Shown: piece after piece, positions 17,813 to 28,492 of the stretch | Numbering within the stretch: position 1 is the stretch's first letter | How the letters are laid out: each line of letters begins with the position of its first letter | The notes under the pieces: model-generated | Told to the model about the DNA's origin: nothing | Seen by the model: the letters and a program-made list of their open reading frames with translations, nothing else | Databases searched by the model: none | Assembly: GCA_965199235.1 (NCBI GenBank) | Contig: CBDAQU010000002.1 | Coordinates: 2,880,232-2,944,231 of the forward strand | Source of the DNA: Acetobacteraceae bacterium | GTDB lineage: Bacteria; Pseudomonadota; Alphaproteobacteria; Acetobacterales; Acetobacteraceae | DNA: 64,000 nucleotides | Reading direction: 5' to 3' | Position numbers and translations under genes: made by a program

Positions 17813-19452
<1,640 letters not shown>

Positions 19453-19552
19453 TTTCCAATCGCTTTGGAACGTTGATACTCGTTTCGGTAAAATAACGTT
19501 GCAGCCACCTCCTGCGTCGCCTAGCTTGTTCCGATATAGAAAGGAACGGACG

Positions 19553-20434
19553 ATGCGCATAGCGGTGCTTGGGGTAGTTTCGGCGGCGACCCTGTGCTGT
19601 GTCGAGCCGGCACGCGCGCAATACGGCCGGTCCAGCGACCCGTGTGCCTCGCAGCCAATGTCGACCAGCGCGATGGGCCTGCTGATCGGCGTGCTGCAGC
19701 AGCACGGCCGCGACCAGGCCTGTGCCGAGGAACGCCGCGCCCAGTGGGACGAGTACAACACGCGCCAGAAGGCGGCCAAGGACGCGGCGGACGCAGCGAC
19801 CGCACACACGCAGGCCCAGGAGGAAGCCGGCCGGCAGGCGGAGGCGGTATCCCACCGGCAGGCTGAAGCCCAGGCCCATGAGCAGCGCCAGCACGCAGCA
19901 CTCGCCGAGGCGCGATCCAAGCGCGCTAGGGCGGAGCATCAGGCGCAGGCCGAGCGGGACGCGGCGGCGGCCGAGGCGCAGCGCCGACAAGGCGCCATCA
20001 CCCTGGCGCGCGCCGAAACCGCGCCTGGCAACCATTGCCGCGAGCCGGACCTGGCGCGCCGCGTGATCGAGGCCTGGAACGGCCTGGACGCGATGAAGAC
20101 CGCAGGCGTCAAGGCGATCGACATCGAGCATCTGACCACCGTGTCGTTCGACGCGCCGAGCCGCTCGGTCGCGTGCCACGGCGTGTTCGTCACCAACCAG
20201 GGTTTCAGGATCGTGGGCACCGCCACCGTCAGGAAGAACGTCGCCGGCGACCCCATGTTCGTCTGGGAGCGCGACCAGCGGCAGGACCTGGCGCGCTACG
20301 TGGCCCCGGCCATCGGCGCGGACTCGCCCGAACTGGCCCGGTCCGTCCAGGTGCAGCAGGCCACCAGCACCGGCGCCGCGCCGGTGCTCGACGCGCCGGC
20401 CACCCTCTCCCTCACTGCCGCGCCCCAGCGCTGA
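19553..20434 (+). CDS. Hypothetical exported protein with Ala/Gln/Glu-rich coiled coil and a C-terminal Cys-pair domain
   Basis: RBS AAAGGAA; signal-like N-terminus; no family recognised. Confidence 0.7.
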   Translation: MRIAVLGVVSAATLCCVEPARAQYGRSSDPCASQPMSTSAMGLLIGVLQQHGRDQACAEERRAQWDEYNTRQKAAKDAADAATAHTQAQEEAGRQAEAVSHRQAEAQAHEQRQHAALAEARSKRARAEHQAQAERDAAAAEAQRRQGAITLARAETAPGNHCREPDLARRVIEAWNGLDAMKTAGVKAIDIEHLTTVSFDAPSRSVACHGVFVTNQGFRIVGTATVRKNVAGDPMFVWERDQRQDLARYVAPAIGADSPELARSVQVQQATSTGAAPVLDAPATLSLTAAPQR

Positions 20435-20470
20435 CGGTGGCGTGAAGTTGACGGTGGCGTGATATAGCCT

Positions 20471-20529
20471 CAGCACGAAACGCACGAGGACGCCGGTCGC
20501 TGGAAGCCTTCGTGGCTTCGTGGTGAACC
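20471..20529. repeat. REP-like imperfect inverted repeat (CACGAA..CACGAG / CTTCGTGGCTTCGTGG)
   Basis: Visible imperfect palindrome in the intergenic region before tRNA-His. Confidence 0.4.
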
Positions 20530-20617
20530 TCTACCTCCACCCTCGCCAGGCAGGCACCCTGGCCGAATGCTCGAGGACGCCCGCAAAACGATCACTCCTG
20601 GCGCGCCACCCAGGCAT

Positions 20618-20647
20618 TTGACGCGGGCGGGCGGCCCGCCTTACACC
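20618..20647 (+). promoter_or_regulatory. Putative sigma70 promoter of tRNA-His
   Basis: TTGACG-N17-TTACAC immediately upstream of the tRNA. Confidence 0.45.
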
Positions 20648-20658
20648 CCCAAACGTGT

Positions 20659-20735
20659 GGCGGACGTAGCTCAGTTGGTAGAGCGCCGGTTTGTGGTACC
20701 GGTTGTCGCGGGTTCGATCCCCGTCGTTCGCCCCA
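20659..20735 (+). tRNA. tRNA-His (GUG) with encoded G-1 and CCA
   Basis: Acceptor stem GCGGACG/CGTTCGC; anticodon loop TTGTGGT; T-loop GGTTCGATCC; G-1 opposite C73. Confidence 0.97.
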
Positions 20736-20748
20736 TTCCAGTCGTCGG

Positions 20749-21312
20749 ATGATCGTCGGGCTGGCGCTGGCAGGCGGCTCGGGCACCCGGCTTGGCGGGG
20801 TGGACAAGGCGCTGCTGCCACTCGGCGGGCGAGCCATCATCGATTTCGTGCTGGAGCGGCTGGCCCCGCAGGTCGGCGCGACCGCCTTGTCCGCCAACGG
20901 CGACCCGCAGCGCTACCGCCATCTCGGCCTTCCGATCCTGGCCGACGAGGTGGCGGGCAGGGGGCCTCTTGGCGGGGTGTTGCGCGGGCTGGCCTGGGCG
21001 GAGGCGGTTGGGGCCGAAGCGCTGCTGAGCGTGCCTGCCGACACGCCCTTCATCCCGCGCGACCTGGCCCGGCGGTTGGGGGCCGCACCCGCCTGGGCGC
21101 ACAGTGCCACCGGTCTGCACCCCTTGGTCGCGATCTGGCCCGTCGGCTGCGCACCCGCCTTGGCCGCCTGGCTCGCCTGCGGGCCGTCCGGCCGCGTCCG
21201 TGCCTTTGGCGAGACACTGGGCATGCGGGCGGAACATTTCGCCGACGCGCCGGACCCGTTTCACAACGTGAACACGCCCGACGACCTCGCGGCGGCAAGG
21301 GCCAGGGTATAG
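20749..21312 (+). CDS. mobA: Molybdenum cofactor guanylyltransferase
   Basis: LAGGSGTRLGGVDK, GPLGG, VPADTPF, NVNTPDDL. Confidence 0.88.
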   Translation: MIVGLALAGGSGTRLGGVDKALLPLGGRAIIDFVLERLAPQVGATALSANGDPQRYRHLGLPILADEVAGRGPLGGVLRGLAWAEAVGAEALLSVPADTPFIPRDLARRLGAAPAWAHSATGLHPLVAIWPVGCAPALAAWLACGPSGRVRAFGETLGMRAEHFADAPDPFHNVNTPDDLAAARARV

Positions 21313-21340
21313 GAAGGGGCAACCTACCCGGAACGATCGC

Positions 21341-21979
21341 GTGCACTGGTCCAGCCTGAACACCTTCTTCTACGCGCTGGTCGCCCTGCTGGTGATCGTG
21401 GACCCGCCTGGCACCGCCGCCGTGTTCGCCGCGATGACGCCGCGCGACACGCCGGCCGAGCGCGCCAGCCAGGCCCGGCGCGCCTGCGCGGTCGCCTTCG
21501 GCGTGCTGGCGGTGTTCGGGCTGGCCGGCGAAATGCTGCTCTCCTCGCTCGGCATCGGCCTGCCGGCGATGCGCGTGGCCGGCGGCATCCTGCTGTTCGT
21601 CACCGCCGCAGACATGGTGCGCGGCAGCCACGGCGTGCGCGAGACCGATCCGGAGCGGCAGGCCGCCATCCGCACCGACGACGACATCGCCGTATTTCCG
21701 CTGGGCATACCGCTGATCGCCGGCCCTGGCGGCATGACCACGATGGTGGTCTTGCACAGCCATGCCGGCGGAAACTGGATGAAGATCCTGGCGATCGAGG
21801 CGGCTGTGGCCGTGACGATCCTGCTGACCCTGCTCTGCCTGCTCGGCGCCCGCTGGATCGCCCGCGCCCTGGGGGACGCCGGCACCAGCGTCGCAGGCCG
21901 CGTGCTCGGCGTCCTGCTCGCCGCGCTGGCCGTGCAGATCGCGCTCGACGGCCTGCACCAGGCGTTTGCCGCAGTCTGA
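21341..21979 (+). CDS. MarC family integral membrane protein
   Basis: IVDPPG, AGGILLF, VFPLGIPLIAGPGGM motifs. Confidence 0.92.
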   Translation: MHWSSLNTFFYALVALLVIVDPPGTAAVFAAMTPRDTPAERASQARRACAVAFGVLAVFGLAGEMLLSSLGIGLPAMRVAGGILLFVTAADMVRGSHGVRETDPERQAAIRTDDDIAVFPLGIPLIAGPGGMTTMVVLHSHAGGNWMKILAIEAAVAVTILLTLLCLLGARWIARALGDAGTSVAGRVLGVLLAALAVQIALDGLHQAFAAV

Positions 21980-22096
21980 CGAGGTGTGACGAGACCTGCG
22001 ACGGTTCGCCCGGATTTCGGCGCAAGGATCGGAGCGCGGGCAGCACGCCGCGGGGTTAGACGGCGGCTGCCAACAGCAGCCCAGGAGGCAAGGCGG

Positions 22097-23197
22097 ATGA
22101 GTGCTGTATCAGACACCGACGCAATCACCGGCGATCCGCGTTTCGCGGCGGTTCGCGCCCGCGACAGGAGTGCCGATGGCGGGTTTGTCTATGCCGTCCG
22201 GACGACTGGCGTGTTCTGCCGCCCATCCTGCGCCGCACGCCCGGCCAAGCCCAGCAACATGCTGTTCTACGCCACGCCGCAGGAGGCCGAGGCGGCCGGC
22301 TTTCGACCCTGCAGGCGGTGCAGGCCGACCGATCCGGCCCAGCCTGCGGCCGCGGCCGACCGAATGGGCGAGGTTGCGGCATACATCGCGGACCACGCCC
22401 ACCAGGCGTTGACCCTGGACCAGCTCGGCGCGGTCGCGGGGATCAGCCCCTGCCACCTCCAGCGCAGTTTCACGGCCGCCATGGGGGTCAGCCCCAGGGA
22501 GTATCATGCCGCCAAGAAACTGGAGAAATTCAAGTCTGGCCTTCGCGCGGGCGCAAACGTGCTCGGCGCCGTGTTCGACGCCGGCTACGGCTCGACCAGC
22601 CGCATCTACGAGCAGGTCGATGGCGGTCTGGGCATGACGCCGTCCGCCTACCGCGCCGGCGGGCAGGGCGAGACGATCGTGCACGCGGTCACACAGACAG
22701 CCCTCGGACCGTTGATGATGGCGGCCACCGAGCGCGGCGTCTGCTTCGTGCAGTTCGGCGAGGATTTCGGCGGATTGCGCAGGCAACTCGCGGCCGAGTT
22801 TCCGAAGGCGGAGCTCCTGCCCGCCGAGCCCGCGGGCCGCGCCTTGAAAGACTGGATGCAGGCGCTGGACGCCCACCTCTCGCGCGGCGCACCGCGGCCG
22901 GACCTGCCTGTCGACCTGCGCGGCACCGCCTTCCAGATACGCGTCTGGCGCTTCCTGCTCGGCGTCCGCCCGGGGCAGGTGGCGAGCTACGCCGAAATCG
23001 CGCGCGGCATCGGCGCGCCGCGCGCCGTCCGCGCGGCCGCCAGCGCGTGCGGCGCCAACCGGGTGGCCGTGCTGGTCCCGTGCCACCGGGCGCTGCGCGG
23101 CGATGGCGGCCTGGGCGGCTATCGCTGGGGCGTCGAGCGCAAGCGAGTCTTGCTCGACATGGAGCGTGGCCGCGCGCCGGCGGAGACGACAGCGTGA
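22097..23197 (+). CDS. ada: Bifunctional Ada regulator / O6-methylguanine-DNA methyltransferase
   Basis: Zn site FCRPSC...FRPCRRC, AraC-type HTH, C-terminal GTAFQ...VPCHR. Confidence 0.95.
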   Translation: MSAVSDTDAITGDPRFAAVRARDRSADGGFVYAVRTTGVFCRPSCAARPAKPSNMLFYATPQEAEAAGFRPCRRCRPTDPAQPAAAADRMGEVAAYIADHAHQALTLDQLGAVAGISPCHLQRSFTAAMGVSPREYHAAKKLEKFKSGLRAGANVLGAVFDAGYGSTSRIYEQVDGGLGMTPSAYRAGGQGETIVHAVTQTALGPLMMAATERGVCFVQFGEDFGGLRRQLAAEFPKAELLPAEPAGRALKDWMQALDAHLSRGAPRPDLPVDLRGTAFQIRVWRFLLGVRPGQVASYAEIARGIGAPRAVRAAASACGANRVAVLVPCHRALRGDGGLGGYRWGVERKRVLLDMERGRAPAETTA

Positions 23198-23360
23198 CCA
23201 CTCCTGCTCACCCGGATCGCGTCGGCCTTTCGACTGGGGCCAGGTCGCGAGCGATCTCGACGGCCAGGGCTGGGCGGTCCTGCCCCGCCTGCTGGATGCC
23301 GCCGGGTACGATGCGACCGCCGCGCGCTACGATGCCGGCGACGTCCGCGACGCAGCCTGA
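23194..23360 (+). pseudogene. Truncated, frameshifted remnant of a 2OG-Fe(II) oxygenase (DUF2086-like)
   Basis: GTGA coupling to the ada stop; MTTPAHPDRV, then a frameshift into FDWGQVASDLDGQGWAVLPRLLDAA, the N-terminus of this family; stops after about 55 codons. Confidence 0.65.
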
Positions 23361-23418
23361 TCGCGCATGGCCGGTCAGTCCGGCGACGACGCGATTGCCG
23401 TGTGTCCCGAAGACGTCG

Positions 23419-24954
23419 CTACTTCCCCGGCGGCCGGGAATTATGCGTGACGAGCACCGAGTCGCTGTCGCCGTCGACCTCCTGCAGCATCACCTCGTAG
23501 CCCCAGAGCTCGGCCACGTATTTCAGCGTCTGCTCGGCATCCCGCTTGGCCAGCAGCCGCCCAGGTCCTGTGCGGTGCTGCAGCACCAGCCTGCGGTCGC
23601 CTTCGAGGTCTAGGTCCACCACCTGGACATCGGCGTCGCCTTCGCCCGGGTCGTAGCTTTGCGCCAGGCTGCGCCTGATCGAACGGTAGCCCTCGTCGTC
23701 GTGAATCGCATCGACCAGCAGGGTCGGATCGCTCGTGTCGTCCAGCAGCCGGAACATGCGGAACTTCCGCATCACCGCAGGCGAGAGGAACTGCAGGATG
23801 AAGCTCTCGTCGCGGAAGTTCGCCCAGGCGTGGCGCAGCGTGCCGAGCGGGTCGCCGTTGCCGGCGATGTCTGGAAACCAGGCACGGTCCTCCCGCGTGG
23901 GCTCGGTGCACATGCGTTCGATGTCGCTCATCACCGCGTAGCCGAGCGCGTAGGGGTTGAAGCCTGGTCCGCCCGCAGGATGGTCGAAATCGGGCTGCAT
24001 GATGACGTTCGCTGTGGAGTGGATCACCTCGAGGAACGCGGCATCGTCGATCTGCCCGGTCTCGTGCAGGCGCGTCATGATCCGATTGTGCACCCAGGTG
24101 GCGCAGCCCTCGTTCATCACCTTCACCTGCGGCTGCGGATAGAAATACTGCGCGATCAGACGCACGATGCGGATGATCTCGCGTTCCCAGGATTCGAGCT
24201 TGGGCGAGTGCTTCTCGATGAAGTAGAGCAGGTTCTCCTCGGGCAGCGCCAGCTTGCGGCGCCGTTCGGCAGCCTTGTCGGCCTTCGCACCGGGCGGCAG
24301 GCCAGGCACGGTGCGCCACAAATCGTCGAACATCTGTTCGTCGTAGGCGCGCCTTTCCTGTTCGCGCCTGAGGTCCGCCTTCAGGTTGATCGAACGCGCG
24401 CCGCCGTGACGGTTCACCCCGTGGCGGGACAGCGCATGCGCCGCATCCAGCACGCGCTCCACCGCGAACACCCCGTGCCGGTCCTCGCAATCGCCGACGT
24501 AGCCGCGGGCGAACTCCAGGTAGTCGAGGATCGCCGACGCCTCGGTCCATTGCCGGAACAGGTGGTTGTTGCGGAAAAAGTGGTTATGCCCGAACGCCGC
24601 ATGCGCGATCACCAGCGCTTGCATGGTCGCCGAGTTCTCCTCCATCAGGTAGCTGATGCAGGGGTTGGAGTTGATCACCACCTCGTAGGCCAGGCTGCTG
24701 TAGCCGCGGCGGTAGCTGGTCTCGTGCTGCAGGAAACGCTTGCCGTAGGACCAGTGGCGGTAGGTCAGCGGCATGCCGTGCGCCGTGTACACGTCCAGCA
24801 TCTGCTCGGCGGTGATCACCTCGATGCGGTTCGGATAAACCTCCAGGCCGAGCTCCTCGCAGCCGATCCGCTCGATGGCGTCGTAGCTGCGCTGCAGGGT
24901 GCGGAAATCCCAGTCGCTGCCCTCGTAGATCAGGGAGGAGGTCGCCGCACTCAC
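23419..24954 (-). CDS. SpoVR family protein (YcgB)
   Basis: GMPLTYRHWSYGK, AYEVVINSNPC, HAAFGHNHFFRNN, MNEGCAT; GTGA coupling to yeaH. Confidence 0.95.
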   Translation of the reverse strand: MSAATSSLIYEGSDWDFRTLQRSYDAIERIGCEELGLEVYPNRIEVITAEQMLDVYTAHGMPLTYRHWSYGKRFLQHETSYRRGYSSLAYEVVINSNPCISYLMEENSATMQALVIAHAAFGHNHFFRNNHLFRQWTEASAILDYLEFARGYVGDCEDRHGVFAVERVLDAAHALSRHGVNRHGGARSINLKADLRREQERRAYDEQMFDDLWRTVPGLPPGAKADKAAERRRKLALPEENLLYFIEKHSPKLESWEREIIRIVRLIAQYFYPQPQVKVMNEGCATWVHNRIMTRLHETGQIDDAAFLEVIHSTANVIMQPDFDHPAGGPGFNPYALGYAVMSDIERMCTEPTREDRAWFPDIAGNGDPLGTLRHAWANFRDESFILQFLSPAVMRKFRMFRLLDDTSDPTLLVDAIHDDEGYRSIRRSLAQSYDPGEGDADVQVVDLDLEGDRRLVLQHRTGPGRLLAKRDAEQTLKYVAELWGYEVMLQEVDGDSDSVLVTHNSRPPGK

Positions 24955-26228
24955 GCCGTGGCCGCCTTGCGCCGGAACAGGTCGCGAAACACCCCGAAGA
25001 TCTCGCCCGCCTCCGCGACGCGTCGCATCGCCAGGCGGGGCGCGCGCTGCGACAGCGGCTCGTAGCCGCGCCACAGATCGGTCGCACCGCGGATCACCGC
25101 CGGGGAGCCGACCTCGATGTAGGCGTAATGCTGCACGATCGGCAGGATGTCGGTCTCCAGCAGGCCGACCGCCTTGTGCGTGTCGGCCGACGAGTTGTCG
25201 CCGTCGGAAGCCTGTGCGGCGTAGATGTTCCAGGAGTCGCGCGGGTAGCGGTCCCGCTGGATGCGGAGGAACTCGGCGAGCGCCGTGGAAACCACCGTGC
25301 CGCCGGTGCGCGGATCGGTGAAGAAGGTGGTCTCGTCAACCTCCTCGGCCACTTCGGTGTGGCGGATGAACACCAGGTCCACGCGCTTGTAGCGGCGCTC
25401 GAGGAACACGTGCAGCAGCAGGAAGAAGCGCTTGGCCAGGTCCTTCATCTGCTCGCTCATCGAGCCGGACACGTCCATCAGGCAGAACATCACTGCGCGG
25501 GCGGCGGGCTTGGGCGTCTGGGTGAAGCGGCGATAGCGCAAATCCACCGGATCGACCCAGGGCACGCGGGCAAGCCGACGCAGCGCCAGTTCCAGCTCGG
25601 CGCGCAGCATCGGCAGCCGCTCCGCCTCGTCGCCGTCGCGTTCCAGCAGGGCGACCTCGGCCTCCAGCTCGACCACCTCCGGCGGCTTGGGCCGGCGCAA
25701 CCCGATCCTGCGCGCCATCGACTGCCGCATCGTGCGCGACATGTCGATCTGCGAGGGCGTGCCGTCCACGCTGATGCCGGCGCGCACCGGAATCATCGTC
25801 TCGGTGGCCACGATCTGGCTCTTCACCAGGTCGGGCAGCTCGAGGTCGTCGAAGAACAGGTCCAGGAACTCGTCCCTGGTCAGCACGAAGCGGAAGCCGT
25901 CCTGCCCCTCGCCGCCGCCCGAACCTGCCCCGCTGCCGCCGCCGTCGCTCTTCTCAGGGCGCTGCAGACGGTCTCCGGTGGAGAATTCGTGGTTGCCGGA
26001 AAATACCACCTGGCGCTTGCCGCTGGAGAACACCGTGTGGAAGCTTGGCTCGTGCAGGATGTCGGACGGGATGGTCACGGACTGGTCGCGGGCGATCTCG
26101 CGCAAGGTTCCCTGATCGACCGCCGCGCGCGTCGCCTGCTGCACCGCCGCCCTGGCGCGCGACAGCACGCGTTGCCGGTTCTCCAGGTTCTTGCCGTGCG
26201 GGTTGGGCCTGCGGTCGATGATGTCCAA
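24951..26228 (-). CDS. yeaH: YeaH/YhbH family protein (DUF444)
   Basis: IIDRRPNPHGKNLENRQR, FCLMDVSGSM, FIRHT, NIYAAQASDGDN. Confidence 0.93.
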   Translation of the reverse strand: MDIIDRRPNPHGKNLENRQRVLSRARAAVQQATRAAVDQGTLREIARDQSVTIPSDILHEPSFHTVFSSGKRQVVFSGNHEFSTGDRLQRPEKSDGGGSGAGSGGGEGQDGFRFVLTRDEFLDLFFDDLELPDLVKSQIVATETMIPVRAGISVDGTPSQIDMSRTMRQSMARRIGLRRPKPPEVVELEAEVALLERDGDEAERLPMLRAELELALRRLARVPWVDPVDLRYRRFTQTPKPAARAVMFCLMDVSGSMSEQMKDLAKRFFLLLHVFLERRYKRVDLVFIRHTEVAEEVDETTFFTDPRTGGTVVSTALAEFLRIQRDRYPRDSWNIYAAQASDGDNSSADTHKAVGLLETDILPIVQHYAYIEVGSPAVIRGATDLWRGYEPLSQRAPRLAMRRVAEAGEIFGVFRDLFRRKAATA

Positions 26229-26238
26229 TGAACTGCGC

Positions 26239-28203
26239 TCAGGCCGACTGCTTGACCCGCATGTACCATTCGACCAGCCGGCGCACCTGACGCTCCGTGT
26301 AGCCGCGTGAGACCATACGATCGACGAAATCGTTGTGCTTCTTCTCCGTCTCGTTGTCCTTCTTGGACCCGAAGCTGATGACCGGCAGCAGATCCTCCAC
26401 CTGGCTGAACATGCGCTTCTCGATCACGTCCCTGATCTTCTCGTAGCTCGTCCAGGACGGGTTCTTTCCCGCGTTGGCGGCCCGGGTGCGCAGGGCGAAC
26501 TTGACCACTTCGTTGCGGAAATCCTTCGGGTTGGCGATGCCCGCCGGCTTCTCGATCTTCGTCAGCTCGGTGTTGAGCAGCTCGCGGTTCAGCATCTGGC
26601 CGGTGTCGGGGTCCTTGAAGTCCTGATCCTCTATCCAGGCGTCGGCATAGTCGAGGTAACGATCGAACAGGTTCTGCCCGTAATCGCCGTAGCTCTCCAG
26701 GTAGGCCTTCTGGATCTCGTTGCCGATGAACTCGGCGTAGCGTGTGGCCAGCTCGCTCTTGATGGTGGCGAGATAGGCGGCCTCGGTCTCCTGCGGGAAC
26801 TGCTCCCGCCTGATCGCCTGCTCCAGCACGTACATCAGGTGGACCGGGTCGGCGGAGACCTCGTTGGTCGAATGGTTGAACGTGGCCGACAGCACCTTGT
26901 AGGCGAACCGGGTGGAGATGCCGTCCATCCCCTCATCGACGCCGGCCGAATCCCGGTACTCCTGCATGCTCTTCACCTTGGGGTCGGTCTCGCGGATGTT
27001 CTCCCCGTCATAGACCCGCATCTTTGCGAACGGCTTGGAGTTGGCGTGCGGCTTGAGGCGCGACAGGACCGCGAACCGGGCCAGCATCTCCAGCGTGTGG
27101 GGCGCGCAGGGCGCCTCTGCCAGCGCGGAGCCGCTGATCAGCTTCTGGTAGATGCGGCCTTCCTCGGTCACCCGCAGGCAGTAGGGCACCTTGACCACGC
27201 TCACCCGGTCGAGGAAGGCCTCGTTGGTGCGGTTGTTGCGGAACGTCTGCCACTCGGCCTCGTTGGAGTGAGCCAGCAGGATGCCGTGGAACGGGATGAC
27301 GCCGATGTTCTCGGTGCCCAGATAGTTGCCCTCCTGAGTCGCCGTCAGCAGCGGATGCAGCATCTTGATCGGCGCCTTGAACATCTCCACGAACTCCAGG
27401 ATACCCTGGTTGGCGCGGTTCAGCCCGCCGGAGAAGCCGTAGGCGTCGGGGTCGTTCTGGCTGAAATTTTCCAGCTTGCGGATGTCCACCTTGCCGACGA
27501 GTGCGGAGATGTCCTGGTTGTTGTCGTCGCCCGGCTCGGTCTTGGCGATGGCGATCTGCCGGCGGCGCGAGGGGTGCAGCTTGACGACCCGGAACCGCTC
27601 GATGTCGCCGTCCCATTTGTCCAGCCGCTTGAGCGCCCACGGGCTGGCGATGCCGGTCAGGACACGCGACGGAATCCCGTATTTCTGGTGCAGGAGCGCG
27701 CCCGTGGTGTCAGGGTCGAACAGGCCGAGCGGGCTTTCGAACACCGGACTGAGCTCGTCGCCGGCCTTGAGCACGTAAATCGGCTCGCGCTCCATCAGCG
27801 CCTTGAGCCGCTCGCCGAGCGAGGATTTACCGCCGCCCACCGGGCCCAGAAGATACAAGACCTGCTTGCGCTCCTCCAATCCCTGTGCGGCATGGCGGAA
27901 AAACCCCACGATGCGTTCGATGGTGTCTTCCATGCCGTGGAACTCGGCGAACGCCGGGTAGACTCGGATGGTGCGGTTGAGGAAAAGCCTGGACAGGCGA
28001 GGATCGCGCGACGTGTCCACCATCTCCGGCTCGCCGATCGCGCGCAGCATGCGCTCGGCAGGGCTGGCATAGCAGCCCGGGTCGTCACGGCAGGCTTCGA
28101 GGTAATCGGCCAGACTCATCTCGACTTCGCGCGTCTGATCGCGAAGCTTGGCGTGGAGCGAAAAAACGTCGTTGGCACGATCCAAATGTTTTTCCAATCT
28201 CAT
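26239..28203 (-). CDS. prkA: PrkA family serine protein kinase (YeaG)
   Basis: YASPAERML, LLGPVGGGKSS (P-loop), EPGDDNNQDISALVG, EFVEMFKAPIK, C-terminal WYMRV. Confidence 0.96.
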   Translation of the reverse strand: MRLEKHLDRANDVFSLHAKLRDQTREVEMSLADYLEACRDDPGCYASPAERMLRAIGEPEMVDTSRDPRLSRLFLNRTIRVYPAFAEFHGMEDTIERIVGFFRHAAQGLEERKQVLYLLGPVGGGKSSLGERLKALMEREPIYVLKAGDELSPVFESPLGLFDPDTTGALLHQKYGIPSRVLTGIASPWALKRLDKWDGDIERFRVVKLHPSRRRQIAIAKTEPGDDNNQDISALVGKVDIRKLENFSQNDPDAYGFSGGLNRANQGILEFVEMFKAPIKMLHPLLTATQEGNYLGTENIGVIPFHGILLAHSNEAEWQTFRNNRTNEAFLDRVSVVKVPYCLRVTEEGRIYQKLISGSALAEAPCAPHTLEMLARFAVLSRLKPHANSKPFAKMRVYDGENIRETDPKVKSMQEYRDSAGVDEGMDGISTRFAYKVLSATFNHSTNEVSADPVHLMYVLEQAIRREQFPQETEAAYLATIKSELATRYAEFIGNEIQKAYLESYGDYGQNLFDRYLDYADAWIEDQDFKDPDTGQMLNRELLNTELTKIEKPAGIANPKDFRNEVVKFALRTRAANAGKNPSWTSYEKIRDVIEKRMFSQVEDLLPVISFGSKKDNETEKKHNDFVDRMVSRGYTERQVRRLVEWYMRVKQSA

Positions 28204-28226
28204 CGAGAGGGATGCGCAAAGCCGCC

Positions 28227-28242
28227 TGCAACATTCCGGCCG
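28227..28242 (-). promoter_or_regulatory. Putative sigma54 promoter for prkA-yeaH-spoVR (CGGCCGGAATGTTGCA)
   Basis: GG-N10-GC with TTGCA at -12, about 25 bp upstream of the start; E. coli yeaGH is known to be NtrC/sigma54-responsive. Confidence 0.4.
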
Positions 28243-28492
28243 CTTCGGTTTCGCTCGGCTTCAGACTCAACGCTGCATGTTAGCTTGGAACTCGACGCTG
28301 TGCATCAACAACAGATGCTGGTGAATAACTTTTCACCGGCTGCGTGCCTATTTGCGGTCGCGCGTGCAGATGCCCAGTGCGCGGCCCAGCACGTGCTGCA
28401 GTGCGGAAGAATCCGTTCGTCGTTCGCATCCTGCGCGCGAGCGGCATCTGACCGCCGCAAGCGCCACGATCGGTGCAGATGGTAAACGACGC

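Noticed and set aside
26335-28485. 716-aa plus-strand ORF (likewise 53886-56063 and 42124-43629)
   Set aside because: Antisense to well-supported genes (prkA, TPR protein, CocE2); composition typical of shadow frames.
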